Source of the DNA: an uncultured bacterium
GTDB taxonomy: Bacteria; Edwardsbacteria; AC1; EtOH8
DNA length: 64,000 nt
Direction of reading: 5' to 3'
Assembly: GCA_963780225.1 (NCBI GenBank)
Contig: CAWAAX010000011.1
Coordinates: 87,691-151,690 of the forward strand
The notes under the pieces are model-generated. The model was not told the DNA's origin. It did not search any database and saw only the letters and a program-made list of their open reading frames with translations. Below, one piece after another: positions 1 to 10,045 of this stretch (positions are counted from its first letter, which is position 1; each line of letters begins with the position of its first letter). Both the position numbers and the translations under genes were made by a program.

Positions 1-110
1 TCAGGCCTATGTTTATCCGGGATGACATGTCCCTGATGTCATCCTGGACCAAGCGCCCTGATCGGCAATCCGAAGACTCTCTCTGGTTCTTAATTCCTAA
101 ACGAAACATC

Positions 111-500
111 ATGCTGAACAACCTCCGACAAAAGGCGGAAGACCTTAAAAAAGAGACCTATGCCCTGTTCCTGGCCTACCGGGACCCCAGGGTTCCCTGG
201 TACGCCAAGGCGGTGGCGGCGGCCACCGTGGCCTACGCCGTCAGCCCCATTGACCTGATCCCGGATTTCATCCCGGTGCTGGGCTTGTTGGACGACCTGG
301 TGCTGGTGCCTTTGGGGATTACCCTTGCGGTCAGGCTCATTCCGGCAGAGATAATGGCGGAATGCCGGCAGAAAGCCCATCAGAAATTACAGGGAACAGG
401 TTCGCTGGGCCGCAAAGCGGCGATTGTGGTGGTGCTGATCTGGCTGCTGGGTCTGGCGTTGTTGGTATGGATGATCCTTAAAGCGATGGGAAAGCATTGA
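111..500 (+). CDS. YkvA/DUF1232 family membrane protein
   Basis: DPRVPWYAK...YAVSPIDLIPDFIPVLGLLDD signature; ATG at 111 preferred over 9. Confidence 0.85.
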   Translation: MLNNLRQKAEDLKKETYALFLAYRDPRVPWYAKAVAAATVAYAVSPIDLIPDFIPVLGLLDDLVLVPLGITLAVRLIPAEIMAECRQKAHQKLQGTGSLGRKAAIVVVLIWLLGLALLVWMILKAMGKH

Positions 501-988
501 TGCTGACGGTTCCAAAGATAACAAAGCTTTTAAAGCTCCAGCCCCTGCCCCAGGAAGGCGGGCTTTACCGGGAGACCTACCGTTCGGCCTTGAAAGTGGT
601 CCGCGGGCCCGGGACCAAACGCAATATAGGAACCTCAATTTACTATCTGATAACGCCGGATAGATTTTCGGCCATGCACCTGGTTTGCTCCGATGAGATC
701 TTTCACTTTTATATTGGCGATCCGGTGGAAATGCTGATGTTGTACCCCGGCGGCAGGTCCAGGATAGTGATCCTGGGGCCGGATATCGAAAAAGGCCAGC
801 ATCCTCAGTTCCTGGTTCCCAAGAATGTCTGGCAGGGCTCGCGGTTGCTGAACGCCGGAAGATTTGCCCTGCTGGGCACCACTGTTTTCCCGGGCTTCGA
901 TTTCGCCGATTACCGGCAGGGCCGCCGGAAAGAACTATTGAAACTGTATCCTGGACAAAAAGACCTGATAACAAAATTAACAGTTTGA
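497..988 (+). CDS. Cupin_5 (DUF985) protein
   Basis: L+PLPQEGGLYRETYRS, TSIYYLI, SAMH..CSDEIFHFY.G, VFPGFDFAD motifs. Confidence 0.85.
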   Translation: MMLTVPKITKLLKLQPLPQEGGLYRETYRSALKVVRGPGTKRNIGTSIYYLITPDRFSAMHLVCSDEIFHFYIGDPVEMLMLYPGGRSRIVILGPDIEKGQHPQFLVPKNVWQGSRLLNAGRFALLGTTVFPGFDFADYRQGRRKELLKLYPGQKDLITKLTV

Positions 989-995
989 TCACATC

Positions 996-1796
996 ATGTT
1001 CAAAAACCTGAGCATCCCCGTTAAACGGCTGTATCTCCAGATAGCCGCCGTCATCGTCACCAACAGCTATTTTTTGGCGCCTTATCTGAAATACCTGCCC
1101 TGCCCGTCGTTGAACTGCTACGCCTGCCCTGCGGCCAGTTTCGCCTGTCCCATCGGGAGCCTGCAGCACTTCGTGATCATCGGGGTCTTTCCCTTCTTTT
1201 TGCTGGGGATACTGTTCCTGGTGGGAGGTCTGGCCGGGCGTTGGGCCTGCGGTTATTTGTGCCCCTTTGGCCTGTTCCAGGACCTGCTGGCCAAAATAAG
1301 ACGGGCCAAGCTGGCCATGCCATCCTGGCTGGGCTGGGGACGGTATGTTTCGCTGATAGGAGTAGCGATAATAATCCCGGCCATAACCAAGGAACCCTGG
1401 TTCAGCAAGCTCTGCCCGGCCGGCACGCTGGAGGCGGGGATACCGATAGTAGGCTGGGCCTTCTTCAAGACCAAGGCGCTGGGGCAGTATTCAACCATTC
1501 TAGGAATGACCGGCTGGCTGTTTTGGATCAAGGTCGTTCTGCTGGCCGGGACCATCGCGGCCGCCATTTACATCAAGCGCCCCTTCTGCCGGTTCATCTG
1601 CCCGCTGGGAGCCATCTTTGGGCTGTTCAACCGGGTGTCCCTGCTGCAGATCAAGGTGAACCATCACGCTCCGCACCTGCCGGCCGACTGCCGCAAACTT
1701 TGCCCGGTGGACATTGATATCAGAAAGGACCCGGTCTCGGCCAAGTGCATCCGGTGCATGCAATGCACCAAGTGCCCGGGAGTAACGCGGAAATAA
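996..1796 (+). CDS. Membrane 4Fe-4S binding (polyferredoxin) protein
   Basis: CxxxCP motifs (LNCYACP, CGYLCPFG, FCRFICPLG), C-terminal CIRCMQCTKC, TM segments. Confidence 0.8.
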   Translation: MFKNLSIPVKRLYLQIAAVIVTNSYFLAPYLKYLPCPSLNCYACPAASFACPIGSLQHFVIIGVFPFFLLGILFLVGGLAGRWACGYLCPFGLFQDLLAKIRRAKLAMPSWLGWGRYVSLIGVAIIIPAITKEPWFSKLCPAGTLEAGIPIVGWAFFKTKALGQYSTILGMTGWLFWIKVVLLAGTIAAAIYIKRPFCRFICPLGAIFGLFNRVSLLQIKVNHHAPHLPADCRKLCPVDIDIRKDPVSAKCIRCMQCTKCPGVTRK

Positions 1797-1809
1797 CAGG
1801 AGGAGACAA

Positions 1810-1845
1810 GAAAAGCCCGAAGGATTTTGTCCTTCGGGCTTTTTA
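1810..1845. terminator. Bidirectional intrinsic terminator
   Basis: AAAAGCCCGAAGGA-TTTTG-TCCTTCGGGCTTTTT. Confidence 0.8.
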
Positions 1846-1934
1846 ATTTAATATTAAATGACTATTTACCTTGCTCGGGAAAAGTAGAGATAAAATAATG
1901 GGGCTGTTAAAAACGTAGGACTATTATCATCATG

Positions 1935-2165
1935 TTCTTTTTCTTTTTTGTGCCGCCAACTAAGAAAAAGAACCAAAAAGAAAAAAGCTCGTCGCTTAAA
2001 ACTCTCCTGGCCACGCTTACGCTAAAGCTTCAGCGGGCCCGCGCTGCGCTTCTCGTTGCTGGCGGGCTTGTCTGAACTCGGGCTTTAGCCAAGCCCTCAA
2101 ACACGCCAGACAAGCTTTTTCCGCCATCAACTGCGATGCTCACTGATCGTTTTAACGCGACATAC
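1935..2165. repeat. Long nested palindromic element (MITE/REPIN-like or structured RNA)
   Basis: GTCGCTTAAA/TTTAACGCGAC outer stem, GTTGCTGGCGGGCTTGTCTG/CAGACAAGC..CCGCCATCAAC middle stem, GGGCTT..AAGCCC inner stem. Confidence 0.55.
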
Positions 2166-2229
2166 CGAGGTTGGCACCGGGTATTTAAACAGTTTCCTGA
2201 GCTAATTTGATAGACATTTAATATTGTTT

Positions 2230-2856
2230 CTATGGCGTTGTATACCTAAACACCTCCCCAAACATGAAATACAGCGCACCGGCCAGATCCTCCCTGCTTT
2301 GGCGCTCCCCCCTTTTACGCAAATAATCGTTGATTATCTCACCCCGGTCGTTCTTGTAGTCATAGGGATGCCGCAGGTTCATCTTGATCCGGCCCACCCG
2401 GCCCGACCCGTAATGCAGGATGACAACCGTTCCGTCCTCCTGCACCTCCTCCACCAGTCCCACGTGGGTGATCTTGTCGTAGCTGTTCTCCAGCGTGTTC
2501 TTGAAAAACACCACGTCGGCCGGCTGAGGGGGCATGTCTCCGTAGACCAAGTTCCGGTCGTTCAGGGTCAGGTACAGCGACTCAGAAAGGGGACGGCCAG
2601 GGCGGACATAGCTGTATTTGATCTTCCGGCCCATCACGGCATAAACGCCGTTTACATATCCCGAGCAATCATTCTTGAATCGGCCGTCCATCTCGCTCAA
2701 TCGCTTCACGCCGATAAGACTTTTGGCATAATTGACCAAAGCCAGCCGGGCCTGCATTTCCTCGCCGGCCAGGCCCTTTCTCTGGACATAGGCCGGAGAG
2801 CAGGACACACACAGCGCCGCGGTCAAGAGCATCAAACTATGCCGCCAGTATCTCAT
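2230..2856 (-). CDS. CHAP/NlpC-P60 family lipoprotein (cell-wall hydrolase)
   Basis: Lipobox (LCVSC), DCSGYV catalytic motif, DVVFF..THVGLV. Confidence 0.75.
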   Translation of the reverse strand: MRYWRHSLMLLTAALCVSCSPAYVQRKGLAGEEMQARLALVNYAKSLIGVKRLSEMDGRFKNDCSGYVNGVYAVMGRKIKYSYVRPGRPLSESLYLTLNDRNLVYGDMPPQPADVVFFKNTLENSYDKITHVGLVEEVQEDGTVVILHYGSGRVGRIKMNLRHPYDYKNDRGEIINDYLRKRGERQSREDLAGALYFMFGEVFRYTTP

Positions 2857-3785
2857 GCCTTCCTCCCGTAAGGAACATATTTCTTGAACCAATGGAAGCC
2901 GAACTTCTCCATCATTTTCAGATACCCGTCATTGCCTTCCGGCATGTAGTCTGCGTAGTAGTGCAGGCCGAAGTAGCGCTGGGCCGGGTTGATGTATCCC
3001 TGTTTTTGGATCCTGGTCAGGGCCCTTTTGACCAGGGCCGGGCCGCCGGTCTTGAGACAGACCCTCTCCATGGATTTGAGCCTTTCCGGGGTGATGGCCA
3101 CCTTCATCCCGGGATATTTATCCTCGAAGGCCTTGACCAATTCCCGGCCGCTCAAATCCCGGTATCTTTCGGAATGAACCATGACCTTTACCGGGAGTTT
3201 TTTGCGGGGCACCGGTTTTGCCTTGGGATATCCCAGACAAAGCAATACCACCGGGAAGACCCCCTGGGGCAGTTTGAACATTTTTTTGAGCGCCGGAAAG
3301 AACTCCAGCACCGTCCCAATGTAGCAGCATCCCAGGCCCAGGGCGTCAGCCGCAGTGCAGATATTCTGGGCGCTGATGATGGTGTCCTGAAACGAGATCC
3401 AGAAATGGCGGAAGGAACTGGCGGCGGTGAAGGGCGCATCGGACAGCTTTGACCAGCGCTCCAGCCTGCGCCAGTCTATGCAGAACAGAAGATTGACCGG
3501 GGCCTGGCCCACAAAAGGCTGCCCGCAGAGCTTGGCCAGTTTGGCGTTGGTCGTCTTGTTCTCTATTTTGACAATGGAATATGGCTGCAGGTTCCCCCCG
3601 GTGGGTGCGTGGATGCCGGCCTTGAGCACCTGTTCAAGTATTCCGGCCGGTATTTTTTTATCCAAATAGCTGCGGCAGCTTCCCCGCTCCAGAAGCAGTC
3701 TGATGGTGGGGTTGGTGTACCTGGATGAGGCTTGCTCCTTTACTCCGTGATGCGACTGCATTTTATTACTGCTCCTTGCTTTCAA
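2853..3785 (-). CDS. Nitroreductase family protein (NfsA/FRP-like)
   Basis: RGSCRSY, APTGGNLQPYS, AQNICTAADALGLGCCYIG, LCLGYP. Confidence 0.85.
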   Translation of the reverse strand: MKARSSNKMQSHHGVKEQASSRYTNPTIRLLLERGSCRSYLDKKIPAGILEQVLKAGIHAPTGGNLQPYSIVKIENKTTNAKLAKLCGQPFVGQAPVNLLFCIDWRRLERWSKLSDAPFTAASSFRHFWISFQDTIISAQNICTAADALGLGCCYIGTVLEFFPALKKMFKLPQGVFPVVLLCLGYPKAKPVPRKKLPVKVMVHSERYRDLSGRELVKAFEDKYPGMKVAITPERLKSMERVCLKTGGPALVKRALTRIQKQGYINPAQRYFGLHYYADYMPEGNDGYLKMMEKFGFHWFKKYVPYGRKA

Positions 3786-3989
3786 TGGGTTTATCCGGTT
3801 CCGTCATCATTCGTTTATATTTAAAGTCAAATGTCTGGTCATATAATTCCTGCAACGGGGACATTCCCCGGGCATAACAATCTTTATTGCCGGTGATATC
3901 GTAGATCGCTTAATACTCTACAAAACAATTTATAGACATTGCTCGGTATAAGCTCATTCCCAAGATGTTTACCGGTCTGTTTTGAGCTG

Positions 3990-4418
3990 TCAATCTTCGG
4001 TATTCCTAACTTTTCCCCGCAGTGATTTGGTGCTGCCTTGTTTCTTCTTTTCATCCATCCGTCTGGCCCGGGAAGCTTTACTGGGCTTAGTCTTGCGGCG
4101 AATCTTGGGTCTAACGGCCGCCAGCCGTAGGATCTCCGCCAGCCGCTCTCTGGCTTCCAGACGGTTGGCCTCGCGGGTCCGGTGGTTGCGGGCGTCGATG
4201 ACCAGAAAACCATCCAGGTTGATCCGGTTCCGGTAAAGGGAAAACAGCCGCTGCTTCACTTCCGCCGTCAGTGAAAGGCTGCCGGCCGCATTGAACTTCA
4301 GCTTGACCGCGGTGGCCACCTTGTTGACGTTCTGGCCGCCCGGCCCCGAAGCCCGGATGAATTCCTCGGCCAGCTCGTCCTCGGATATCATTATGTTCTG
4401 GTTGACCGTTAACGCCAT
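3990..4418 (-). CDS. arfB: Alternative ribosome rescue factor B
   Basis: RASGPGGQNVNKV, basic C-terminal tail. Confidence 0.92.
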   Translation of the reverse strand: MALTVNQNIMISEDELAEEFIRASGPGGQNVNKVATAVKLKFNAAGSLSLTAEVKQRLFSLYRNRINLDGFLVIDARNHRTREANRLEARERLAEILRLAAVRPKIRRKTKPSKASRARRMDEKKKQGSTKSLRGKVRNTED

Positions 4419-4490
4419 TTGGCAGCACGCTCTTCAATCATTATTTGTCTTTTGGCAAGCTAATCCCCTGGGAAGGCCAGGAAACGGATG

Positions 4491-4586
4491 TTATTTCTCT
4501 TTTAACACCAGGGCGAAACTATAAACCGTCAAGAATATTATCAGCCCCCAGGAGAAGATCATGAACAATATTCCCCATGCGTTCAT
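4491..4586 (-). CDS. 31-aa small membrane protein, MetS-like NSS transporter small subunit (not in ORF track)
   Basis: MNAWGILFMIFSWGLIIFLTVYSFALVLKEK; GGAGG RBS; directly downstream of NSS transporter. Confidence 0.75.
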   Translation of the reverse strand: MNAWGILFMIFSWGLIIFLTVYSFALVLKEK

Positions 4587-4621
4587 TTTATGCTCCCTCC
4601 TTGTTATGATATTTCGAGTAT

Positions 4622-6184
4622 TTATGTATTATTTTGTCCTTTGCCCTTGCGCTTCCAGGCCCAGGCCACCAGAGCCATTATCACCGCCCACAAACCGAAC
4701 ACCAGCCCCCGGGCGGCCCACTGGTACGGCTGGTCGGCCGGGGCCACCCCCTTCATAGCGATGAACGGCCAGAACTGCTGATAGGACCAGACCCCCAGCA
4801 GGATCAGCAGATAGGCCGGGGTCACGTATTTGATGATGGGTTTGTAAATCGCGGGGATCCTCATCTGGGAGCCCTGATGCATCTCCTTCCATCCTTTTTC
4901 TATCCCGAATACCCAGGAAAACAAGATGATCTCGATGGTGGCGAACACCACCAGGAACAGGGTGCCGCCCCAGAAATCCAGCTCGTCCACGAAGCCGTGG
5001 CCCAGGAAGAAGATGGCGGGCAGGCAGGCCGCCAACGAGACGGCTCCCAGCACCAGCACCGACCTTTTCCGGTTCCATTTCAGCTCGTCCTCCAGGAACG
5101 AGATGGCCGGCTGGATCAGGGAGACCGAGGAGGTGATGCCGGCTATGAACAGCAGCAGGAACCACAGGCCGGAGAAGATGAAGCCCAGGGGAATTTTCCC
5201 GAAGATCATGGGCATGGTCACAAAGCCCAGGTTGAAGGTGCCGCTTTGGGCGGCCGTTAAAGCCCCCGAGGCCCCGCCCAGAAAGATGAAGGCCGCCGGG
5301 ATCACTATGGAGCCTCCCAGGATCACTTCGCAAAACTCGTTGGTGGCCGAAGCGCTCAGCCCCGAGAGGACCACGTCGTCGTTCTTTTTAAGATAGCTGG
5401 CATAGGTCAGGATCACTCCGATCCCCACCGAAAGGGTGAAGAATATCTGGCCGGCGGCTTCTATCCAGACCCTGGCATTGGAGAGTTGGGAGAAGTCCGG
5501 GTTCCAGACAAAGCCCAGGGCGTTCTTCACCGAAAGTTCCGGCAACGCCGGGTCCGGAGTCCCCAGTGACAGCACCCGGATGGCCAGCAGGATCCCTATA
5601 GCTATCAGCACCGGCATTCCGTACTTGGAAAGTTTTTCTATTCCCCCCTGGATCCCCTTATAGATAAAGTAGAAATTGAATAAAAAGGTAATGGCAAAGA
5701 ATGCCAGGGCCGGGGCCAGTGACGAGAAATACTGGTTCTGAGCCAGGCCCTGAAAACCCGACAGGAAGGCCTTCATCTCGGCCTGGCCGGCCCCGAACGG
5801 CAGGTGCCCGGTGAAGGAATACCAGGCATAGGCCAGGGTCCAGGATTCGATGTACATATAATAGATCAGGATGACGAATGGTCCCAGCACCCCGATGGTC
5901 CCCAGGTATTTGGCCCAGCGCCCGGTCCCGTCCAGCTTGTCAAACATGCCGGGAGCGGTCCCGTGGCCGCGTTCGCCTCCCATCCGGCCCAGGGTCCATT
6001 CCACCCACATCAGGGGGATTCCCAAAAGCAGAAAGGCAACAAAATAGGGGATCATAAAGGCCCCGCCGCCGTTGAGCACCGCCTTGGCCGGGAAACGTAA
6101 GAAGTTCCCCAGCCCCACCGCGCTTCCGGCCACAGCCAGAATGACCCCCAGCTTGGAGCCCCATTGTTCGCGTTTCTCAGACAT
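4622..6184 (-). CDS. Sodium-dependent transporter (NSS/SNF family)
   Basis: REQW, GSAVGLGNFLRFP, NGGGAFMIPY, AAGQIFFTLS. Confidence 0.93.
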   Translation of the reverse strand: MSEKREQWGSKLGVILAVAGSAVGLGNFLRFPAKAVLNGGGAFMIPYFVAFLLLGIPLMWVEWTLGRMGGERGHGTAPGMFDKLDGTGRWAKYLGTIGVLGPFVILIYYMYIESWTLAYAWYSFTGHLPFGAGQAEMKAFLSGFQGLAQNQYFSSLAPALAFFAITFLFNFYFIYKGIQGGIEKLSKYGMPVLIAIGILLAIRVLSLGTPDPALPELSVKNALGFVWNPDFSQLSNARVWIEAAGQIFFTLSVGIGVILTYASYLKKNDDVVLSGLSASATNEFCEVILGGSIVIPAAFIFLGGASGALTAAQSGTFNLGFVTMPMIFGKIPLGFIFSGLWFLLLFIAGITSSVSLIQPAISFLEDELKWNRKRSVLVLGAVSLAACLPAIFFLGHGFVDELDFWGGTLFLVVFATIEIILFSWVFGIEKGWKEMHQGSQMRIPAIYKPIIKYVTPAYLLILLGVWSYQQFWPFIAMKGVAPADQPYQWAARGLVFGLWAVIMALVAWAWKRKGKGQNNT

Positions 6185-6282
6185 ACCCTCTCCTCTTAAA
6201 CGCTTGAATATTGAATTTAGGAGTCTGAATACAGAACAACCATTCTGTATTCAGACTACAATCTTCTGTATTCCGGGTCAGA

Positions 6283-7488
6283 TCACATATTCTTCTTGAT
6301 CATGGTGGCCAGCCTCAGGATCCCTTCCTCGATCTGGGCCTCGGTGGGATAGGAGAAATTCATCCGCATGGCATTCTGGCCCTTGCCGTCGCAATGGAAG
6401 GCGGTGCCCACCACGTAGGCCACCTTCTCTTCTATGGCCTTGGGGAAAAGCTCGTTGGCGCTCATATTCTTGGGAAGCTTGATCCACAGGAACAGCCCGC
6501 CCTCGGGCTTGGTCCACTTAACCCCTTTGGGCATGTGTTTTTTAAGGGCCTTCAGCATCACCTGGCGCTTCTGGCCGTAGAGGATCTTGATCCGCTCGAT
6601 CTGGGGCTGCAGCAGGCCCTGCTTCATGTATTCGGCGGTGATCAGCTGGTTGAAGGAGGGGCTGCAAAGGTCCATGCTCTGCTTGGCCACTATCATCCGG
6701 TCCATCCACTCGGCCGGAGCGGTGATCCAGGCCAGGCGCAGGCCGGGACAGAAGATCTTGGAGAAGGTCCCCAGCACTATCACCTGGTTTTGGGTGTCCA
6801 GGCTGTAGATGGGCGGCACCGGCTCCCCGGTAAAGCGCAGGTCACGGTAGGGGCTGTCTTCCACGATCGGAATTTCATACTTGTAGGCCAGCTCCAGCAG
6901 TTTCTTCCGGCGCTCCAGGCTCATGGTAATCCCGGACGGGTTCTGGAAATCCGGCACCACGTAGATGAACTTCGGCTTCTTGTTCTTCTTGGCCATGGCG
7001 ACCAGCACCTTTTCCAGCTTGTCCATCCGCATCCCTTCATCATCCTGGGGCACGCCCACCATCTTGGCCCGGTAGGCGGTGAAGGCCTGCAGCCCGCCCA
7101 CGTAGCTGGGAAGCTCCACGATCACGGTGTCGCCGGGATCCAAAAACACCTTGGACACTATGTCCAGCCCCTGCTGGGAACCGGAGGTAATGAAGATGTT
7201 CTCCGGCTTGATGCCCGGCTTTTCCTGGGACATCCACTTGGCCAGCTCCTCGCGCAGGGGAGCCTCGCCCTCGGTGGTGCCGTACTGAAGGGCCATGGCT
7301 CCCTTTTCCCGCAGGAGCCGGCAGGAGATCTCCTCAATCTCCTGAACCGGGAAAGTGTCGGGGGCCGGCAGGCCGCCGGCAAAACTGATGATGCCGGGCT
7401 GGCGGGTGAACTTCAAGAGCTCGCGGATCTCGGAACGCTTCATGTTGAGGGCGTTCTTGGAATAGAAGGCGGATAGATCTTTGATCAT
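6283..7488 (-). CDS. PLP-dependent aminotransferase class I (LysN/ARO8-like)
   Basis: ISFAGGLP, ALQYG, FQNPSG, GTFSKIFCPGLRLAW. Confidence 0.9.
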   Translation of the reverse strand: MIKDLSAFYSKNALNMKRSEIRELLKFTRQPGIISFAGGLPAPDTFPVQEIEEISCRLLREKGAMALQYGTTEGEAPLREELAKWMSQEKPGIKPENIFITSGSQQGLDIVSKVFLDPGDTVIVELPSYVGGLQAFTAYRAKMVGVPQDDEGMRMDKLEKVLVAMAKKNKKPKFIYVVPDFQNPSGITMSLERRKKLLELAYKYEIPIVEDSPYRDLRFTGEPVPPIYSLDTQNQVIVLGTFSKIFCPGLRLAWITAPAEWMDRMIVAKQSMDLCSPSFNQLITAEYMKQGLLQPQIERIKILYGQKRQVMLKALKKHMPKGVKWTKPEGGLFLWIKLPKNMSANELFPKAIEEKVAYVVGTAFHCDGKGQNAMRMNFSYPTEAQIEEGILRLATMIKKNM

Positions 7489-7591
7489 GGGTGGTGGCTC
7501 CGATATTTTATATTGATTGATTTGTTTATCGCTTTGTCACCGCTCTAATAACCTGATTGTTCTTTTCCACAAGTCCCGGGCAATTACAAAT

Positions 7592-8005
7592 TTATGTCTT
7601 AATGCTTCTTTGCTCCAGGCCGGTCTCTTTGGCCATCATTTCAAAATGCCGGTCGGCGTGCAGCAGCAGACAGCGGTGCTTTATGGCCAGGCGGGCAATG
7701 ATCAGGTCGGACGTTGGTATCTTGAGGCCGGCCCTTATCAGGCGATGGCCCAATTGGGCAACCATCTTCCATTCCTCCTCCGGGAACGGCAGATAATGCA
7801 AGGAGCCCAGTTCGCTGGAGAGATCTTGATACTCTCCTTCGTTTCGGGCTCCCTGTAAAAGTTCTGCCATGATCATTCCGGCGGTGGCAGCCCGGTCATG
7901 ATCCAGCAGTTTCCCTACCAATACTTGGGCCTTAGGCGAACCCTTGGGCCTCAAGGCCAGGATCCAGGCCGAACTGTCTATCAGGACCAATCCGCTACCG
8001 GGCAT
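7592..8005 (-). CDS. vapC: VapC PIN-domain toxin
   Basis: VLIDSSAWI, AELLQG, DLIIA, HADRHF. Confidence 0.9.
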   Translation of the reverse strand: MPGSGLVLIDSSAWILALRPKGSPKAQVLVGKLLDHDRAATAGMIMAELLQGARNEGEYQDLSSELGSLHYLPFPEEEWKMVAQLGHRLIRAGLKIPTSDLIIARLAIKHRCLLLHADRHFEMMAKETGLEQRSIKT

Positions 8006-8198
8006 TTCTGGAGGCCTCCAGCTTGCTCAGGGTGAGGTTCAATCCGGTCCGTCCCAGGCGCTGCTTAAGGCTGATCATCCTTTTCTGACGCACCAGTTCC
8101 TCCAGGGAAAGGTTTAACACCTGCCGCTTGGTCTTGGCGCCGGTCAGCCGGAAAGCTTCCTTTAACAAATGCTCGTCCAATTCAACTAATGTTTTCAT
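7995..8198 (-). CDS. vapB: VapB antitoxin
   Basis: MKTLVELDEHLLKEA..TKRQVLNLSLEE; overlaps vapC. Confidence 0.88.
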   Translation of the reverse strand: MKTLVELDEHLLKEAFRLTGAKTKRQVLNLSLEELVRQKRMISLKQRLGRTGLNLTLSKLEASRNAR

Positions 8199-8243
8199 AT
8201 GTATCTCCTATATATATAAATATAAGACTATTATATATATAAG

Positions 8244-9173
8244 TCAAGCAAAAACTTTCTTTATTTTTATCTGATCCCCGGCAATGGCCCGCTTCAGTTC
8301 GCTCAGGCTGCGGAACTTCTTGCCGGGCCGGATGAATTTGTGGACCTCCAGGATCAGCTCCCGGGCATAGAGGTTTCCGGGATTCCCGAAGGCGTTGAAC
8401 TCTATTGTTCGGGCTTTTTGGCCGCCAAAGGTCGGCCGGCTTCCGATATAAAGCATCCCGTCATAGGTCTTATTTTCCCCTAAGGCCCTGGCGGCATAGA
8501 CCCCGTCCCCCGGGATGAGTTTCAGTCTATCGCTGACTTTTAGGTTGGCGGTGGGATAACCCAGTTTCCTTCCCATTCCCCTCCCCTTCACCACCCGGCC
8601 GCTGATCAGGTAGGGGTGGCCCAGCAATTTTACCGCCTGGTTGAAAAGGCCGTCTTGGATCTGCTTCCGGATCAGGGTGCTACCGATCTTTATTTGCCGT
8701 GACTGGCAGGCGGCGATCCCCTCCACCTTAAATCCGTATTTCAGCCCCAGCTTCTTCAGCAGTAAGATGTCTCCCCGGCGGCCGGCCCCGAACCCGCAAT
8801 CCTGGCCGCAGATCACTGTTGCGGCTCCCAGCTTTTGAACCAATATATTTTTTACGAACTGCTCCGGATCCATGGCGGCCATGCTTTTGGAGAACCGGAT
8901 CACGGCCATCACATCCGCTCCCATCCGGGAAAGCAGCAGCATCTTCTCCGTCCCGGTGGTCAGGATGAAAGGCTGGCTGGCGCGCCGGAGAACCTTTTGG
9001 GGATGGGGCTCAAAAGTAAGGACCACGCTCTGGTGTCCGGCCGCTTGGGCCCGGTTGATCAGTTTATTTATCAGTACCTGGTGGCCCCGGTGCAGTCCGT
9101 CGAAAACTCCCAGGGTCACCACCGCACCGGGATGCTCCCGGCCGAAATTATTCAGGCGGGTGATGGTCAGCAT
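8244..9173 (-). CDS. ribF: Riboflavin kinase/FAD synthetase
   Basis: GVFDGLHRGH, TFEPHP, GRKLGYPTAN. Confidence 0.93.
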   Translation of the reverse strand: MLTITRLNNFGREHPGAVVTLGVFDGLHRGHQVLINKLINRAQAAGHQSVVLTFEPHPQKVLRRASQPFILTTGTEKMLLLSRMGADVMAVIRFSKSMAAMDPEQFVKNILVQKLGAATVICGQDCGFGAGRRGDILLLKKLGLKYGFKVEGIAACQSRQIKIGSTLIRKQIQDGLFNQAVKLLGHPYLISGRVVKGRGMGRKLGYPTANLKVSDRLKLIPGDGVYAARALGENKTYDGMLYIGSRPTFGGQKARTIEFNAFGNPGNLYARELILEVHKFIRPGKKFRSLSELKRAIAGDQIKIKKVFA

Positions 9174-10045
9174 TGCGGCGCCAATACGGTCTGCGGCTTG
9201 AAGATATTATCCTGGATCCGGCCCAGGGCCAATATTTGACCCTGGTAGCGGGCCTTGATCTGTCCGGCGTCGGGATGGGAACATTCCACCGGGTTGCCGT
9301 GCCTTATCCTTTGAACCTGTTCCGGGGAAAGTTCCAAGGCATCCAAAAAGTACAGGGCCTGGTCAATGGAGACGGCCCCGGACTCAAACTCTGCTCTGCC
9401 GGAGTTTCCGGGCACTGCCCGGTCGAGGGTGAATTCTCCCACTGCGGTTCTGACCAGTTTGGCCAGGGCCGCTCCGCAGCCCAAATTTTTTCCCAGATCG
9501 AAGGCCAGCGAGCGGATGTAGGTCCCTTTGGAGCATTTGACCAAAATGGTGATCTCGGGCAAATTGATCTCTTCCAGTCTGATCCGCTGGATCTCCACCG
9601 GACGGGGGGTCAGTTCCACTTCTATTCCCTGGCGGGCCGCCTTGTACAACGGCTGTCCGTCCTTTTTGATGGCCGAGAAGGCCGGCGGGACCTGCATGAT
9701 ATGGCCCTGAAAATTGCTCAGCGCTTTCTCTATCTCGGTCCGGCTGAAGACGGGGACGTCTGAAGCGGAAAGCACCTGTCCGCTCAGATCGTAGGTATCG
9801 GTGGTTATCCCCAGTTTGATGATTGCCAGGTATTCCTTGTCCAGTCCTTCAAAGAACTTGGCGGCCCTGGTGGCCTGGCCGGTCAGTACTATCAGAATGC
9901 CGGAGGCATCGGGATCAAGGGTTCCGGCGTGCCCGGCCTTCTTGATGCCCAAAAGCCGCCTGAGGCTGGCTACCTGGGCAAAGGAGGTAGGTCCCGGCGG
10001 CTTGTTGACGATGTAAACTGCATCTTCCGGCAGCGCGCTGCTCAT
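9167..10045 (-). CDS. truB: tRNA pseudouridine(55) synthase
   Basis: GHAGTLDP, CSKGTYIRSLA. Confidence 0.95.
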   Translation of the reverse strand: MSSALPEDAVYIVNKPPGPTSFAQVASLRRLLGIKKAGHAGTLDPDASGILIVLTGQATRAAKFFEGLDKEYLAIIKLGITTDTYDLSGQVLSASDVPVFSRTEIEKALSNFQGHIMQVPPAFSAIKKDGQPLYKAARQGIEVELTPRPVEIQRIRLEEINLPEITILVKCSKGTYIRSLAFDLGKNLGCGAALAKLVRTAVGEFTLDRAVPGNSGRAEFESGAVSIDQALYFLDALELSPEQVQRIRHGNPVECSHPDAGQIKARYQGQILALGRIQDNIFKPQTVLAPQC

